From: Alphaproteobacteria bacterium
Lineage (GTDB): Bacteria > Pseudomonadota > Alphaproteobacteria > CAISOG01
DNA length: 61,844 nt
Direction of reading: 5' to 3'
Assembly (NCBI GenBank): GCA_044375625.1
Contig: JBILMH010000004.1
Coordinates: forward strand, 1-61,844
Shown here: one piece after another, positions 25,479 through 35,466 of the stretch
Layout: each line of letters opens with the position of its first letter
How positions within the stretch are numbered: the stretch's first letter is position 1
Position numbers and translations under genes: made by a program
Notes under the pieces: generated by a model
What the model saw: the letters and a program-made list of their open reading frames with translations, nothing else
What the model was told of the DNA's origin: nothing
The model's database searches: none

Positions 25479-27797
25479 CTAACCCTGCATATAGGTGGGC
25501 AGCCAGGCTTCATGAGCGGTTTGCAGGGCGGCGCGGGTAATAGATTGGCCATCGGGCAGCGTCAATTTGCCCGCCGTCTTGCCAGATGTATCCCCAGCCG
25601 CAGCACCAGCCGCCACCGCCGTAGTCTGACCCAGCAGCAGGGCTGGCACACCCGCCTCTGCCGCCGCCGCCAAGACCTGATCGGGATGCAGGGTGGCAAT
25701 CAGATAGCGTGCCTGATCCTCCCCAAACCAGAAACCCGCATCGCTGGCAGGCAAATCGGGGTTCAGCTGGATACCGAGAGGCTGATCCGTGCCCACATCC
25801 CTGCCCGCCCCTGTCAGCCACATTTCGGCCAGCGCCACCAACAGCCCCCCATCGCTGATGTCATGACAGGCGGCCAGCAATTGTTGCTGATTCAAGGCCA
25901 ACACCAATTCCCCGACCCGCCGTTCGGTGGCGAAATCGACGGGGGGCGGCGCCCCAGCCTCCTGCCCCTCAACAGTCATCAGATATTGACTACGCCCCAA
26001 CCAGCCCTCGCCGCCGCCGCTGCCCAATTGTACCAGGCTTAGCCCCGATTGGGTCAGCGCCATGCTTAACCGTTGGCTGTAGTCGGCCAGCAACCCAACC
26101 CCGCCAATCACGGGGGTTGGGTAAATCCCCACCCCATCGGTGTCGTTGTAGAGCGAAACATTGCCTGACACGACGGGAAAGTCCAGGGCGCGGGCGGCAT
26201 CGCCAATCCCCGTCACCGCCGCCTTTAGCTGCGCCATGATTTCGGGCTTCTCCGGATTGCCGAAGTTCAGGTTGTTGGTCAGGGCTAACGGCTTAGCACC
26301 ACTGGCCACCAGGTTGCGCCAGCTTTCCACCACCGCCTGCGCGCCGCCGATATAGGGGTCGGCCGCACCGTAAAAGGGGTTGCAGTCGGTGGCCATTGCC
26401 AAAGCCTTATGCGTGCCCGCCACCCGCACCACCGCCGCATCGCTGGCCGTTGCCGCCCCCGAATCGGACAGGCTGTTGACCCCGACATGGCGATCATATT
26501 GCTGCCAAATCCATCGCTTGCTGGCCAAATTGGGGCTGGCCAGCAGTTGTTGCAGCGCGGGCAGGATCGCCACAGGCTTGGTCAGCGTCACGGGCTGCTG
26601 GCTGGGCGATGCCAGCGCCGCCACAGGGCGATCATATTGCGGCGCCTCATCGACCAGGGCGGCAATCGGAATCACCCCCGCCGATTCGCCATGCCATTGC
26701 ATTTCCAACACGGGTTCGGCGATCAGGCTGCCTACCACCACCGCGTCCAGATCCCATTTGGCAAAAATCGCCTGCGCCTTAGCCGTCGCCTCAGGTTTCA
26801 GCACCATCAGCATCCGTTCCTGGCTTTCCGACAGCATAATCTCATAGGGCTGCAAATCGGCCTCCCGCAGCGGCACCGCGCTGAGATCCAGGCGGATACC
26901 GATGCCACCCTTGCTGGCCATTTCGCAGGCGCTGCTGGTCAACCCCGCCGCCCCCATATCCTGAATCGCGATAATCGCATCCTCATTCATCAGCTCCAAA
27001 CAGGCCTCGATTAACAGCTTTTCCTTAAAGGGATCGCCGACCTGCACGGTTGGCCGACTGGCCTGCTCACTGGCGCTAAAAGCCGCGCTGGCCATGGTGG
27101 CGCCATGCACGCCATCCCGCCCCGTCTTAGCACCCACATAGACCACGGGGTTGCCGATGCCTGCCGCCTTAGCATAGAAAATCTTATCCGCCTGGGCTAT
27201 GCCCACCGCCATCGCGTTGACCAGGTTGTTGCCGTTGTAGCAGGCGTGAAACTGGCACTCCCCCCCCACCGTCGGCACGCCAACGCAATTGCCATAGCCG
27301 CCAATGCCCGCCACCACGCCCGCCACCAGCGAACGGGTTTTGGCATGGCTGGGATCGCCAAAGCGCAGGGCGTTTAGCAGCGCGATTGGCCGCGCCCCCA
27401 TGGTGAAGACATCGCGCAAAATGCCGCCCACGCCTGTCGCCGATCCCTGATACGGCTCAATAAAGCTGGGGTGGTTGTGACTTTCGATCTTAAACACCGC
27501 CGCCAGGCCATCGCCAATATCGATGACGCCCGCGTTTTCGCCAGGCCCCTGAATCACCCAGGGCGCGCTGGTGGGCAGGGTTTTCAGATACTTCTTGCTG
27601 GATTTATAACTGCAATGCTCACTCCACAGCGCGCCAAACACCGCCAATTCGGTAAAATTGGGCGCCCGACCCAACAATTCCAAAATTCGTTCATACTCAT
27701 CAACCTTCAGCCCCAGTCCGCGCAACACTTGCGGGCTATAGGTTGGCGCCTCATCGGTTGTTGCAATCGCGGCTTGGGTGGCAACTGGCTTGCTCAT
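25479..27797 (-). CDS. purL: Phosphoribosylformylglycinamidine synthase subunit PurL
   Basis: [44 protein letters not shown] and [12 protein letters not shown] are hallmark segments. Confidence 0.97.
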   Translation of the reverse strand: MSKPVATQAAIATTDEAPTYSPQVLRGLGLKVDEYERILELLGRAPNFTELAVFGALWSEHCSYKSSKKYLKTLPTSAPWVIQGPGENAGVIDIGDGLAAVFKIESHNHPSFIEPYQGSATGVGGILRDVFTMGARPIALLNALRFGDPSHAKTRSLVAGVVAGIGGYGNCVGVPTVGGECQFHACYNGNNLVNAMAVGIAQADKIFYAKAAGIGNPVVYVGAKTGRDGVHGATMASAAFSASEQASRPTVQVGDPFKEKLLIEACLELMNEDAIIAIQDMGAAGLTSSACEMASKGGIGIRLDLSAVPLREADLQPYEIMLSESQERMLMVLKPEATAKAQAIFAKWDLDAVVVGSLIAEPVLEMQWHGESAGVIPIAALVDEAPQYDRPVAALASPSQQPVTLTKPVAILPALQQLLASPNLASKRWIWQQYDRHVGVNSLSDSGAATASDAAVVRVAGTHKALAMATDCNPFYGAADPYIGGAQAVVESWRNLVASGAKPLALTNNLNFGNPEKPEIMAQLKAAVTGIGDAARALDFPVVSGNVSLYNDTDGVGIYPTPVIGGVGLLADYSQRLSMALTQSGLSLVQLGSGGGEGWLGRSQYLMTVEGQEAGAPPPVDFATERRVGELVLALNQQQLLAACHDISDGGLLVALAEMWLTGAGRDVGTDQPLGIQLNPDLPASDAGFWFGEDQARYLIATLHPDQVLAAAAEAGVPALLLGQTTAVAAGAAAGDTSGKTAGKLTLPDGQSITRAALQTAHEAWLPTYMQG

Positions 27798-27800
27798 CGC

Positions 27801-28466
27801 TTAGGCTCCTATCGTTGTCTGTAAACTTAAAAACATCTCGCGCCCATCGGTATTGCCGACCGCCTGGTCAACCGCCCGCTCAGGATGCGGCATTAAGCCC
27901 AACACCCGCTTATTGGCACTCAAAACCCCCGCGATATTGGCCACCGACCCGTTGACGGGGGTGGCATAGGTCAGGGCGATTTGATCGTTATCCTGCAGGC
28001 GTTTTAGGCCGTCATCGTCGATTTGATAATTGCCATCGTGATGGGCAATGGGCAGGGTGAGGTCAGCGTTGGGCAGGGCGCAGGTAAAGGGGCTGTTGCG
28101 ATTGACCACCTGCAACGCCACCTCCCGACAGATAAATTGCAACCCCGCATTGCCGCGCAGCCCGCCAGGCAGCAAGCCTGCCTCCGTCAAAATCTGAAAA
28201 CCGTTGCAAATGCCTAGCAGATAGCCGCCGCGCTCCGCATGCCGCTTCACCTCTGTCATAATCGGGCTGTGCGCGGCAATCGCTCCACAACGCAGATAGT
28301 CGCCATAGGAAAAGCCGCCGGGCAGCACTATCAGGTCATAGTTGGCCTCAACATCGGTCTGTTTGTGCCACAGGCGATCCACGGGGATGCCCAACACGGT
28401 TTGCAACCCTGTCACCACATCGGTATCGCAATTTGACCCTGGAAAAACCACCACCGCTGCCCGCAT
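27801..28466 (-). CDS. purQ: Phosphoribosylformylglycinamidine synthase subunit PurQ (glutaminase)
   Basis: MRAAVVVFPGSNCDTD, GICNGFQIL (catalytic Cys) and GLMPHPER. Confidence 0.95.
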   Translation of the reverse strand: MRAAVVVFPGSNCDTDVVTGLQTVLGIPVDRLWHKQTDVEANYDLIVLPGGFSYGDYLRCGAIAAHSPIMTEVKRHAERGGYLLGICNGFQILTEAGLLPGGLRGNAGLQFICREVALQVVNRNSPFTCALPNADLTLPIAHHDGNYQIDDDGLKRLQDNDQIALTYATPVNGSVANIAGVLSANKRVLGLMPHPERAVDQAVGNTDGREMFLSLQTTIGA

Positions 28467-28673
28467 ATTGCACCCCCCGCTTAAGAAATGTTGGCCTGTA
28501 TCGGCCTGATTGTTGTTTCCCCTTTGATAAAGTCTTTTGTCGGGTTAGAAAACAACTATTCTGTTTTTTCTCGGCAACAATTGTTTTTCCTCAAAAACCG
28601 CCGGCAACCATGCTGGCCAGCGTTCATTCAACCTTCTGCCCTATCCCCCACCCCTTACCTTGGCTAACTGACC

Positions 28674-29294
28674 ATGGAAAACCATACGGAAAACCTCATG
28701 GAAAACCTTAGCGCCAGCACACCTAAGGGCTATGTACTGCCCGCTGCCCAACTGGTGTGGCTGTTGTTGGATGGCTGGCCAGCACGCGATAACCAGCTGT
28801 GGGCGGTGGCCGAATCGCTGGCACAGCGGCAAGCCATCAGCGTGATACCCAAAAAACTGCGGTTCAATTGGTTGGGGGAACTGCCGACGGGCGGCCTGTT
28901 TCGCCCGCTGCTGAACGGGGTAACCGACCGCCTATTTGGCGCCAGCCTGGCCAATTTAACCAGTGACGGCGCCATGGCGATTACCCGCCCCTGGCCCGAT
29001 TTGGTGTTATCGTCGGGATCCGCCTCAATCCCCATTGCCCGCTGGATAAAGCGGCGGATGCGAACCGACCGCCTGCGCCCCCAACTGGTGCATTTGGGAT
29101 CGGTTCAAGCTGGCCGTCGTGACTTTGACCTGATTGTTCCCATGGCCAACAACCCTGGTCAGCCAGCATCGGGGGTGGATCAGCCAGGCGACCTTGCCCC
29201 CATTGCGGATCAGATTGCCGCGCTGCTAAACCGTAACACCGCCCCAGGAAGTGACAACCCAGGGGATAGTAAACAAAGAGATGGCAAGGCATAA
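28674..29294 (+). CDS. ELM1/GtrOC1-like (DUF1022) protein, apparently only the N-terminal half
   Basis: VWLLLDGWPARDNQLWAVAESLA, PWPDLVLSSGSASIPIARWIKRR and FDLIVPMANNP follow the N-terminal block order of ELM1-family proteins. At 206 aa it is shorter than I expect for the family, and the HD of P.HD is NN here. Confidence 0.45.
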   Translation: MENHTENLMENLSASTPKGYVLPAAQLVWLLLDGWPARDNQLWAVAESLAQRQAISVIPKKLRFNWLGELPTGGLFRPLLNGVTDRLFGASLANLTSDGAMAITRPWPDLVLSSGSASIPIARWIKRRMRTDRLRPQLVHLGSVQAGRRDFDLIVPMANNPGQPASGVDQPGDLAPIADQIAALLNRNTAPGSDNPGDSKQRDGKA

Positions 29295-29296
29295 CC

Positions 29297-29971
29297 ATGA
29301 CCACGGCCAGCCGCCAATCTGCCCACCCAGATTCAGCCCGCCTGTATCTGGCCACCAAAAATCCCGGCAAGGTTGCCGCCTTTCAGGCTGCCTTGCGACA
29401 CAGCCCGTGGCAATTGTTGCCCTGCCCGCCCGACATAACCCTGCCGCCAGAAATTCACCCCGACTATGTCGGCAATGCCGTGGATAAGGCCACAACCGTG
29501 GCGCGCCTGACGGGGGTGCCCGCGATTGGCGACGATTCAGGGCTTGAGCTGTTGGCCTGCAACCGCTGGCCGGGGGTGCATACCGCGCCGCAGGTGGCCG
29601 CGGTGGGGGGCTGGCCAAGCTTTATGGCCGATTTGGCCAAGGATCCCGCCTTTCAGGCCGATAGGCGGGCTGAGGCGGTGTGCGTGTTGGCGCTGGCGCT
29701 GCCTGACCAGCGGGATGCCCCCGCCCCCCCATCTGCCCCAATCCCAGCGCCCGCGTTCGTGCTGGAGGAGCGGGTAGCAGGGCGGCTGATTAACCAACCG
29801 CGCGGCCAGCATGGCTTTGGCTTTGACCCCTATTTCCTGGCCGATGGCCAACAGCTGACCAATGCCGAAATAGCCCCCGACTTAGCGGTACCGCTGACCG
29901 CCCGTGGCCGTGCCTTTACCGCGCTGGCGCAGGCGATCATGGCTGGCCAGTTGCCCATAACCCTGCCCTAA
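29297..29971 (+). CDS. rdgB: Non-canonical purine NTP pyrophosphatase (RdgB/HAM1 family), with an Ala/Pro-rich insert
   Basis: LYLATKNPGKVAAFQAAL, GDDSGLEL, FGFDPYF, and its position directly upstream of hemW. Confidence 0.8.
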   Translation: MTTASRQSAHPDSARLYLATKNPGKVAAFQAALRHSPWQLLPCPPDITLPPEIHPDYVGNAVDKATTVARLTGVPAIGDDSGLELLACNRWPGVHTAPQVAAVGGWPSFMADLAKDPAFQADRRAEAVCVLALALPDQRDAPAPPSAPIPAPAFVLEERVAGRLINQPRGQHGFGFDPYFLADGQQLTNAEIAPDLAVPLTARGRAFTALAQAIMAGQLPITLP

Positions 29972-31384
29972 ATGCCCCCATCCCCTTTCAGCCCGCCGCC
30001 CCATACGCCCCCGCCGCCAGGCTATACGCCCAAACTTGGGCTGTATCTGCATTGGCCGTATTGCCAGCAAATCTGCCCCTTTTGCGACTTTAACGTCTAT
30101 CGGGCTGGCCATGGCAGCCAGAGCCTTAGGGAGGGGGAGTGGCTAGCCGCCCTGACCATGGAGCTGGACTATTACCATCAGCTGACCCCCAACCGCCCCC
30201 TGCACAGCATTTATTTTGGCGGTGGCACCCCATCGCTGATGTCGCCCGCCTTGGTTGGCCAGCTATTGGAAGCCATTGCCCAGCGTTGGGGGCTGGTGCA
30301 GGACGCCGAAATCACCCTGGAGGCCAATCCGACCACGGTTGAGGTCAATCGCTTTGCCGATTTTCGGCTGGCAGGCATCAACCGCCTGTCGTTGGGGCTA
30401 CAATCCTTAACCAACAGCGGCCTTATCGCGCTGGGGCGGCAGCATGATCGCGCCCAAACCCTGCAAGCCCTGACGGTGGCGCAACGGCTTTTTGCCAAGC
30501 TATCGACCGATTTGATTTATGGCCGCCCCGATCAAAGCCTGGCCAGCTGGCGGCAAGAGCTAGAAGAATGGTTGTCTTTTGGGGTTGGCCATGCCTCGCT
30601 GTATCAACTGACCATCGAATCGGCCACCCCCTTTGGTCAACAGGCGCGGCGCGGCGCCCTTATCATGCCTGATGAGCAGGCGTTGGGCGATTTTTACGAC
30701 GCCACCAACCAACTGATGGGGGATGCGGGCTATCAGCACTACGAAGTCTCCTCCTACGCCCGCGATAGCAGCCAGCGTAGCCGTCACAACATGCTGACCT
30801 GGCAGGGGCACGACTATTTGGGCATTGGCGCGGGTGCCCATGGGCGTTTAAGCCTAAGCGGCGGACGACGGCTGGCCACCATTAACCGCAAACAACCCAA
30901 GGCCTGGCAGCAAGCCGTTCAACAACAGGGGCATGGCCAAAGTGATGCAGAGGGGGAGGTGGAGTGGTTAAGCCGACAGCAGCAGGCCGAGGAGTTTGTG
31001 ATGCTGGGACTGCGGCAGATTGGCCAGATGGACTCGGCAACCCAATCCCCCGCAGCAACCACCACATCCCCCGCCGCCGCTGTTGCCAACACAGACTGGC
31101 TTAGCGCGCTGGGCGGGGTTGACCGCGCCGCCTTTCACTCCCGCTTTGGCCTTGACCTGCTGGACTGGTTGAATGGGGGGGAGGTGGAATTTTTGCGCCA
31201 GCATGGCTTAATTCAGCTCAGCCCGCATCATTTGGCGGTTCCCCCCGATGCCATTGGTCGCCTGGACGCCATTATCCGCCAATTGTTGCTTAAAACTGCG
31301 ACTCTTGAAAACTGGTCGGGGATGGTTGAAGCGTGCGGGGGGATGGCGATGCCACCTGCACAATCGCATAGCCCCGCTGGCTAA
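29972..31384 (+). CDS. hemW: Radical SAM heme chaperone HemW (coproporphyrinogen-III-oxidase-like)
   Basis: LYLHWPYCQQICPFCDFN (CxxxCxxC) and SIYFGGGTPSL. The ATG follows the rdgB stop directly. The 3' end overlaps the convergent gene by 95 nt. Confidence 0.85.
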   Translation: MPPSPFSPPPHTPPPPGYTPKLGLYLHWPYCQQICPFCDFNVYRAGHGSQSLREGEWLAALTMELDYYHQLTPNRPLHSIYFGGGTPSLMSPALVGQLLEAIAQRWGLVQDAEITLEANPTTVEVNRFADFRLAGINRLSLGLQSLTNSGLIALGRQHDRAQTLQALTVAQRLFAKLSTDLIYGRPDQSLASWRQELEEWLSFGVGHASLYQLTIESATPFGQQARRGALIMPDEQALGDFYDATNQLMGDAGYQHYEVSSYARDSSQRSRHNMLTWQGHDYLGIGAGAHGRLSLSGGRRLATINRKQPKAWQQAVQQQGHGQSDAEGEVEWLSRQQQAEEFVMLGLRQIGQMDSATQSPAATTTSPAAAVANTDWLSALGGVDRAAFHSRFGLDLLDWLNGGEVEFLRQHGLIQLSPHHLAVPPDAIGRLDAIIRQLLLKTATLENWSGMVEACGGMAMPPAQSHSPAG

Positions 31385-32570
31385 GGCCATTGTTTTCCAG
31401 GCGGAACAGACCGCTTAGACCCAAATAGCCCGCTGGTTCAGTCAAAATTGTCCCAATCGCTTTGCCATTTTTGGGGCGCGCCTCAGCCAATTTGCTGGCC
31501 AGGGCTACCGCGTCATAGGCCAGGCTGGCCAAGGTTGGCGGCGGGGCGCCATAAACCCCCTGATAGCGCTGCTCAAAGGCCTGCCGCTGGGCAATGTTGG
31601 GGGCAGGGTACCAGGCACCACGCAACACCGGGTTGGCGGTTAAATCGTCCAACGCCCAATCCTGCGTGCCCAACAGCTGAAAGGATGGGGCTGGCCAATC
31701 GGATCGCAACTGAATCTGACGGCTTAGGGCTTGCAAATCGGCGCCGCTGTCAAACAACAACACCCCGCTGCGTCCCCCTGATGCGGATGGCTTAAGCTTT
31801 GACACCGCCTCAGCCAAACTGACCCCATTGCCGCCATACAGCTCAATTTGACTGACCGATCCGCCAACCTTAGCGGCCTCTGCGCGCAACAGTTCCGACA
31901 ATTTGGCGCCATAGGCTCCACCCCGCCCTAACCCCTTGAAATCACGAATACCCTGCGCCGCGGCGTAGCGCACAATGCTGGCCATCATGGCATCGGGGCC
32001 AAAGCCCAGCACAAAAGTGTTGCTGTCGGCCACCGCCGGGTTGTTGGAAAAGCTGACCATCGGCACATCGGCCGCGCGCGCCATTTCCTTAACCGCGCTG
32101 ACGCTGCCCCCATAGAGTGGGCCAAACACCACCATCGGCTGGGGCGATTCCCTCAACGCCCGCGCCATGGCCTGACTGGCAGAAGTGGTGGTTTCGCCCG
32201 CATCGTAAAACGCCACCTGCAGATTGCGGGATCGCCCATCAAACAGGGCAAATTCGGCCGCCTGCTGCATGGCCAGCCCTAAGGCCGCATCCTTGCCAGA
32301 AAGGGGCAACAGCATGGCCACCGCCGCCGATCCATCGGCTGATAGCGCCCCAGTAGCATCCTTAGTGGTATCCCTGGCCGTATCCCTGGCAGAATCTTTA
32401 GCCGCAGCAGCAGGGGGCAAAGGCTTGCTAGATGGCTTGCTAGACGGCTTGCTTTTCGATGCGCTGCTGGTGCTTGGCTTATTGCCCTCAAACCAGGAGG
32501 ATCCCTTTGTGCTGTTGGTGCTGCATGCCGCCAACAGGGGCAGCCATAGCGCCAGAATGATCAACCGCAT
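31290..32570 (-). CDS. LpoA/LppC-like periplasmic-binding-fold lipoprotein (penicillin-binding protein activator family)
   Basis: Lipobox LLAACS just after the internal start MRLIILALWLP (ATG 32570; the ORF extends to 32780). The type-I periplasmic binding fold body has LPLSGKDAALG. Position next to yraN and a BON protein is as in the lpoA-yraN-dolP neighbourhood. Confidence 0.65.
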   Translation of the reverse strand: MRLIILALWLPLLAACSTNSTKGSSWFEGNKPSTSSASKSKPSSKPSSKPLPPAAAAKDSARDTARDTTKDATGALSADGSAAVAMLLPLSGKDAALGLAMQQAAEFALFDGRSRNLQVAFYDAGETTTSASQAMARALRESPQPMVVFGPLYGGSVSAVKEMARAADVPMVSFSNNPAVADSNTFVLGFGPDAMMASIVRYAAAQGIRDFKGLGRGGAYGAKLSELLRAEAAKVGGSVSQIELYGGNGVSLAEAVSKLKPSASGGRSGVLLFDSGADLQALSRQIQLRSDWPAPSFQLLGTQDWALDDLTANPVLRGAWYPAPNIAQRQAFEQRYQGVYGAPPPTLASLAYDAVALASKLAEARPKNGKAIGTILTEPAGYLGLSGLFRLENNGLSQRGYAIVQVASPSPRTLQPSPTSFQESQF

Positions 32571-32856
32571 CCACCGCGCAACAACCTGTTGGCGCTGACT
32601 TTGCCACCCCGCTGGCCTTTGGGGCAGCCCCAGCCGCCGCCCCGCCCGCACAGAACCCACAGAACCCATTGCAGGCTTATTGCCCATGATTTCCCCCGCC
32701 GCCATGGCTGTTACCGATTCTGATACCATTGCTTTTGCCCAACATTTCTTGCCCAATATTTTGTCTTGCGTCACAATCATCGTTGCAACTGCAACCTATC
32801 GCCCGCAAACCCTATCATTTCTATTGGCTGCATAAGCCAGCCTATATCGACCGCCG

Positions 32857-33252
32857 ATGCCAACCAACAACCCGCCTAACCATACCGACCTACGCGGCAA
32901 TCAGCAAGCGCGCCAACGCGCCTGGCGACGGGGCTGGTGGGCGGAGCAGGTGGCATTGCTATGGCTGTACAGCCGTGGCTATCGGCTGGTTGCCCGCCGT
33001 TACCGAACCCCCGTGGGTGAGATTGATTTAATCCTACGCAAACGGGGATGCTGGCATTTTGTCGAAGTCAAATATCGGCAACAGATGAATGCCGCCCTGG
33101 CCGCCCTGTCACCCCGCCAAGGACAGCGGGTCAGGCGCGCCGCCAGCTGGTATCTAACCCATAAACGCCTCAGCCCCTCCACCCCCTGCTGTTTCAGCCT
33201 GCTGGCGCTGTCGCCTTGGCATTGGCCGCGGTTGGTGTATAGTGCCTGGTAG
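32857..33252 (+). CDS. yraN: YraN family (UPF0102) endonuclease-like protein
   Basis: GWWAEQVALLWLYSRGYRLVARRYRTPVGEIDLILRK....FVEVKYR. Confidence 0.85.
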   Translation: MPTNNPPNHTDLRGNQQARQRAWRRGWWAEQVALLWLYSRGYRLVARRYRTPVGEIDLILRKRGCWHFVEVKYRQQMNAALAALSPRQGQRVRRAASWYLTHKRLSPSTPCCFSLLALSPWHWPRLVYSAW

Positions 33253-33289
33253 AGGTTGACCCTGTTGGTCATCGGTTAGGAGTGGGGCA

Positions 33290-33898
33290 ATGATAAGCGT
33301 TAAACATATGTCTCAATGGCTGTTGCGGGCGGGCTTAGTGATGGGCTTGGTCGCAGGGCTTGGCCTGATGACGGGCTGCATCCCGGTGGTTGCTGCGGGC
33401 GGCACGTCAGCGGGCATGGGCTTAGCCTCCAACCGCGGCCTGGGCGCCAAGATTGATGATAACGCGTTGCAGGCGGAGATCAGCAGCAAGCTGTATCAGC
33501 ACAATGTTAACCTGTTCAATGATGTCGACCTGACGGTTTACAAGGGGCAGGTGCTGATGGTTGGTACCGTCCCAACGGAGGAGGCGCGGGCGAAGGCTGA
33601 GGAGTTGTCCTGGGCTGCGGTCGGCACCCAAAATGTTTTTAATGTGTTGGAGGTTGGGTCAGGGCAAAAAATCGGCGCCTATGCCAACGACCGCTGGATA
33701 TCCACCAAAATTGACACCGAAATGACCATCAGCAAGGGCATCAACAACCTGAACTACTTCGTCAAAAGCTATCAGGGGGTGGTCTATCTGTTGGGCACCG
33801 CCGAATCGCAACAGGAGCTGGATAAGGTGCTGACCATCGCCCGTGGCACCAAGGGCGTGTCAAAGGTGGTGCAATATATTCAGGTTCGGCCAGATTGA
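33290..33898 (+). CDS. BON domain lipoprotein (DolP/YraP-like)
   Basis: Lipobox LMTGC and two BON-like units (VYKGQVLMVGTV, YQGVVYLLGTA). Confidence 0.8.
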   Translation: MISVKHMSQWLLRAGLVMGLVAGLGLMTGCIPVVAAGGTSAGMGLASNRGLGAKIDDNALQAEISSKLYQHNVNLFNDVDLTVYKGQVLMVGTVPTEEARAKAEELSWAAVGTQNVFNVLEVGSGQKIGAYANDRWISTKIDTEMTISKGINNLNYFVKSYQGVVYLLGTAESQQELDKVLTIARGTKGVSKVVQYIQVRPD

Positions 33899-33908
33899 TG
33901 GCGGCCTA

Positions 33909-35462
33909 ATGGTTGTTTGCGTTGCCACCGTCGCCCTGAAAGGGATTGAGGTCATTGAGGTTGAGGTGCAGGTGCAGTTGCAAGAAGGCCTGCCCGCCTT
34001 TACCATTGTTGGTTTGCCCGATAAGGCGGTGGCCGAATCGCGCGAACGGGTGCGCGGCGCCCTGTTATCCCTGGGCATGGCGTTGCCGCCCAAACGCATC
34101 TCCGTCAATTTGGCGCCCGCCGATGTCGCGAAGGAGGGGAGCCATTTTGATCTGCCGATCGCCCTTGGCGTGCTGGGCGCCATCGGGGCGATTCCGAAAG
34201 AGGAGTTGAGCAAATGGCTAGCCCTGGGCGAATTGGGGTTGGATAGCGCGCTGTTGGCGGTGGGCGGCGTGTTGCCCGCAGCCCTAAATGCGGCGGGACG
34301 CGGACTGGGGCTGATTTGCCCACAGGAAAATGGCCGTGAGGGGATGTGGGCGCGGGATCTGCCCGTGGCGGCGGCGGCAAACCTGCTAAGCCTGCTGGGT
34401 CATTTGCAGGGCAAACAGCTGTTGCCCCAACCCCCTGAACCTGTGGCCGACATGGCGCAGGAAGCCGGCAACAGCAGCCGTCGTTACCCCGATTTGCGCG
34501 ATGTTAAGGGGCAGGTGATGGCCAAGCGGGTGTTGGAGATTGCGGCGGCGGGCGGCCATCATCTGCTGATGGTGGGGCCACCGGGGGCTGGCAAATCGAT
34601 GTTGGCCAGCCGTCTGCCCGGACTGCTGCCCCCCCTCAGCGCGGCCGAAGCGCTAGAGCTCAGCATGATTTACAGCGTTAGCGGCATGCTTAAGGGGGGA
34701 CGGCTGTTGACCAACCGCCCCTATCGCGATCCGCACCATTCCGCCTCTCTCCCCGCGCTGGTCGGCGGCGGCCTAAAGGCTAAGCCAGGCGAACTGTCGT
34801 TGGCGCATAGTGGCGTGCTGTTTATGGATGAGCTGCCCGAATTTGGCCGCAACTCGCTAGAGGCTTTGCGGCAACCGCTGGAAACGGGGCAGGTCAGCGT
34901 GGCGCGGGTGAACGCCCATGTCACCTATCCCGCCCGCGTCCAGCTGGTGGCGGCGATGAACCCGTGCCGCTGTGGCCATTTGGGCGATGCCGCCCAGGCG
35001 TGCAGCCGTGCGCCGAAATGTGGAGAGGATTATACCGGCCGCTTATCGGGCCCGCTGTTGGATCGCTTTGACCTGTTTATCCAGGTGCCCGCCGTGCCCG
35101 CGATCGAGCTAAGCAAGCCGAGTGACAGCGAATCCACCGCAACGGTGGCGGCCAGGGTGGCGGCGGCACGGGGGCGGGCTGCCCAACGATTTGCCGCGCT
35201 GGGTGCCACCAAAATTGCCTGCAACGCCCATGCCGATGGCGAATTGTTGGGGCAGGCGATGGCGTTGGAACCGACAGCCCAAGACCTGCTGAGCCAGGCG
35301 GTCAGCAAATTTCACCTGTCGGGGCGCGGCTATCACCGCCTGGTGCGGGTGGCGGCCACCATTGCCGATCTGGCGAGCTGCGACAGCATCACCCATGCCC
35401 ATGTTGCCGAAGCCCTACAATACCGCCGCCCCCTGATGACCAAGGCAACAGCGGCGGCTTAA
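33909..35462 (+). CDS. YifB/ComM family Mg-chelatase-like AAA+ ATPase
   Basis: Lon-like N-domain (FTIVGLPDKAVAESRERV), Walker A GPPGAGKSM, GVLFMDELPEF, and C-terminal RGYHRLVRVAATIADL. ATG 33909 avoids overlap with the BON gene. Confidence 0.9.
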   Translation: MVVCVATVALKGIEVIEVEVQVQLQEGLPAFTIVGLPDKAVAESRERVRGALLSLGMALPPKRISVNLAPADVAKEGSHFDLPIALGVLGAIGAIPKEELSKWLALGELGLDSALLAVGGVLPAALNAAGRGLGLICPQENGREGMWARDLPVAAAANLLSLLGHLQGKQLLPQPPEPVADMAQEAGNSSRRYPDLRDVKGQVMAKRVLEIAAAGGHHLLMVGPPGAGKSMLASRLPGLLPPLSAAEALELSMIYSVSGMLKGGRLLTNRPYRDPHHSASLPALVGGGLKAKPGELSLAHSGVLFMDELPEFGRNSLEALRQPLETGQVSVARVNAHVTYPARVQLVAAMNPCRCGHLGDAAQACSRAPKCGEDYTGRLSGPLLDRFDLFIQVPAVPAIELSKPSDSESTATVAARVAAARGRAAQRFAALGATKIACNAHADGELLGQAMALEPTAQDLLSQAVSKFHLSGRGYHRLVRVAATIADLASCDSITHAHVAEALQYRRPLMTKATAAA

Positions 35463-35466
35463 AAAC

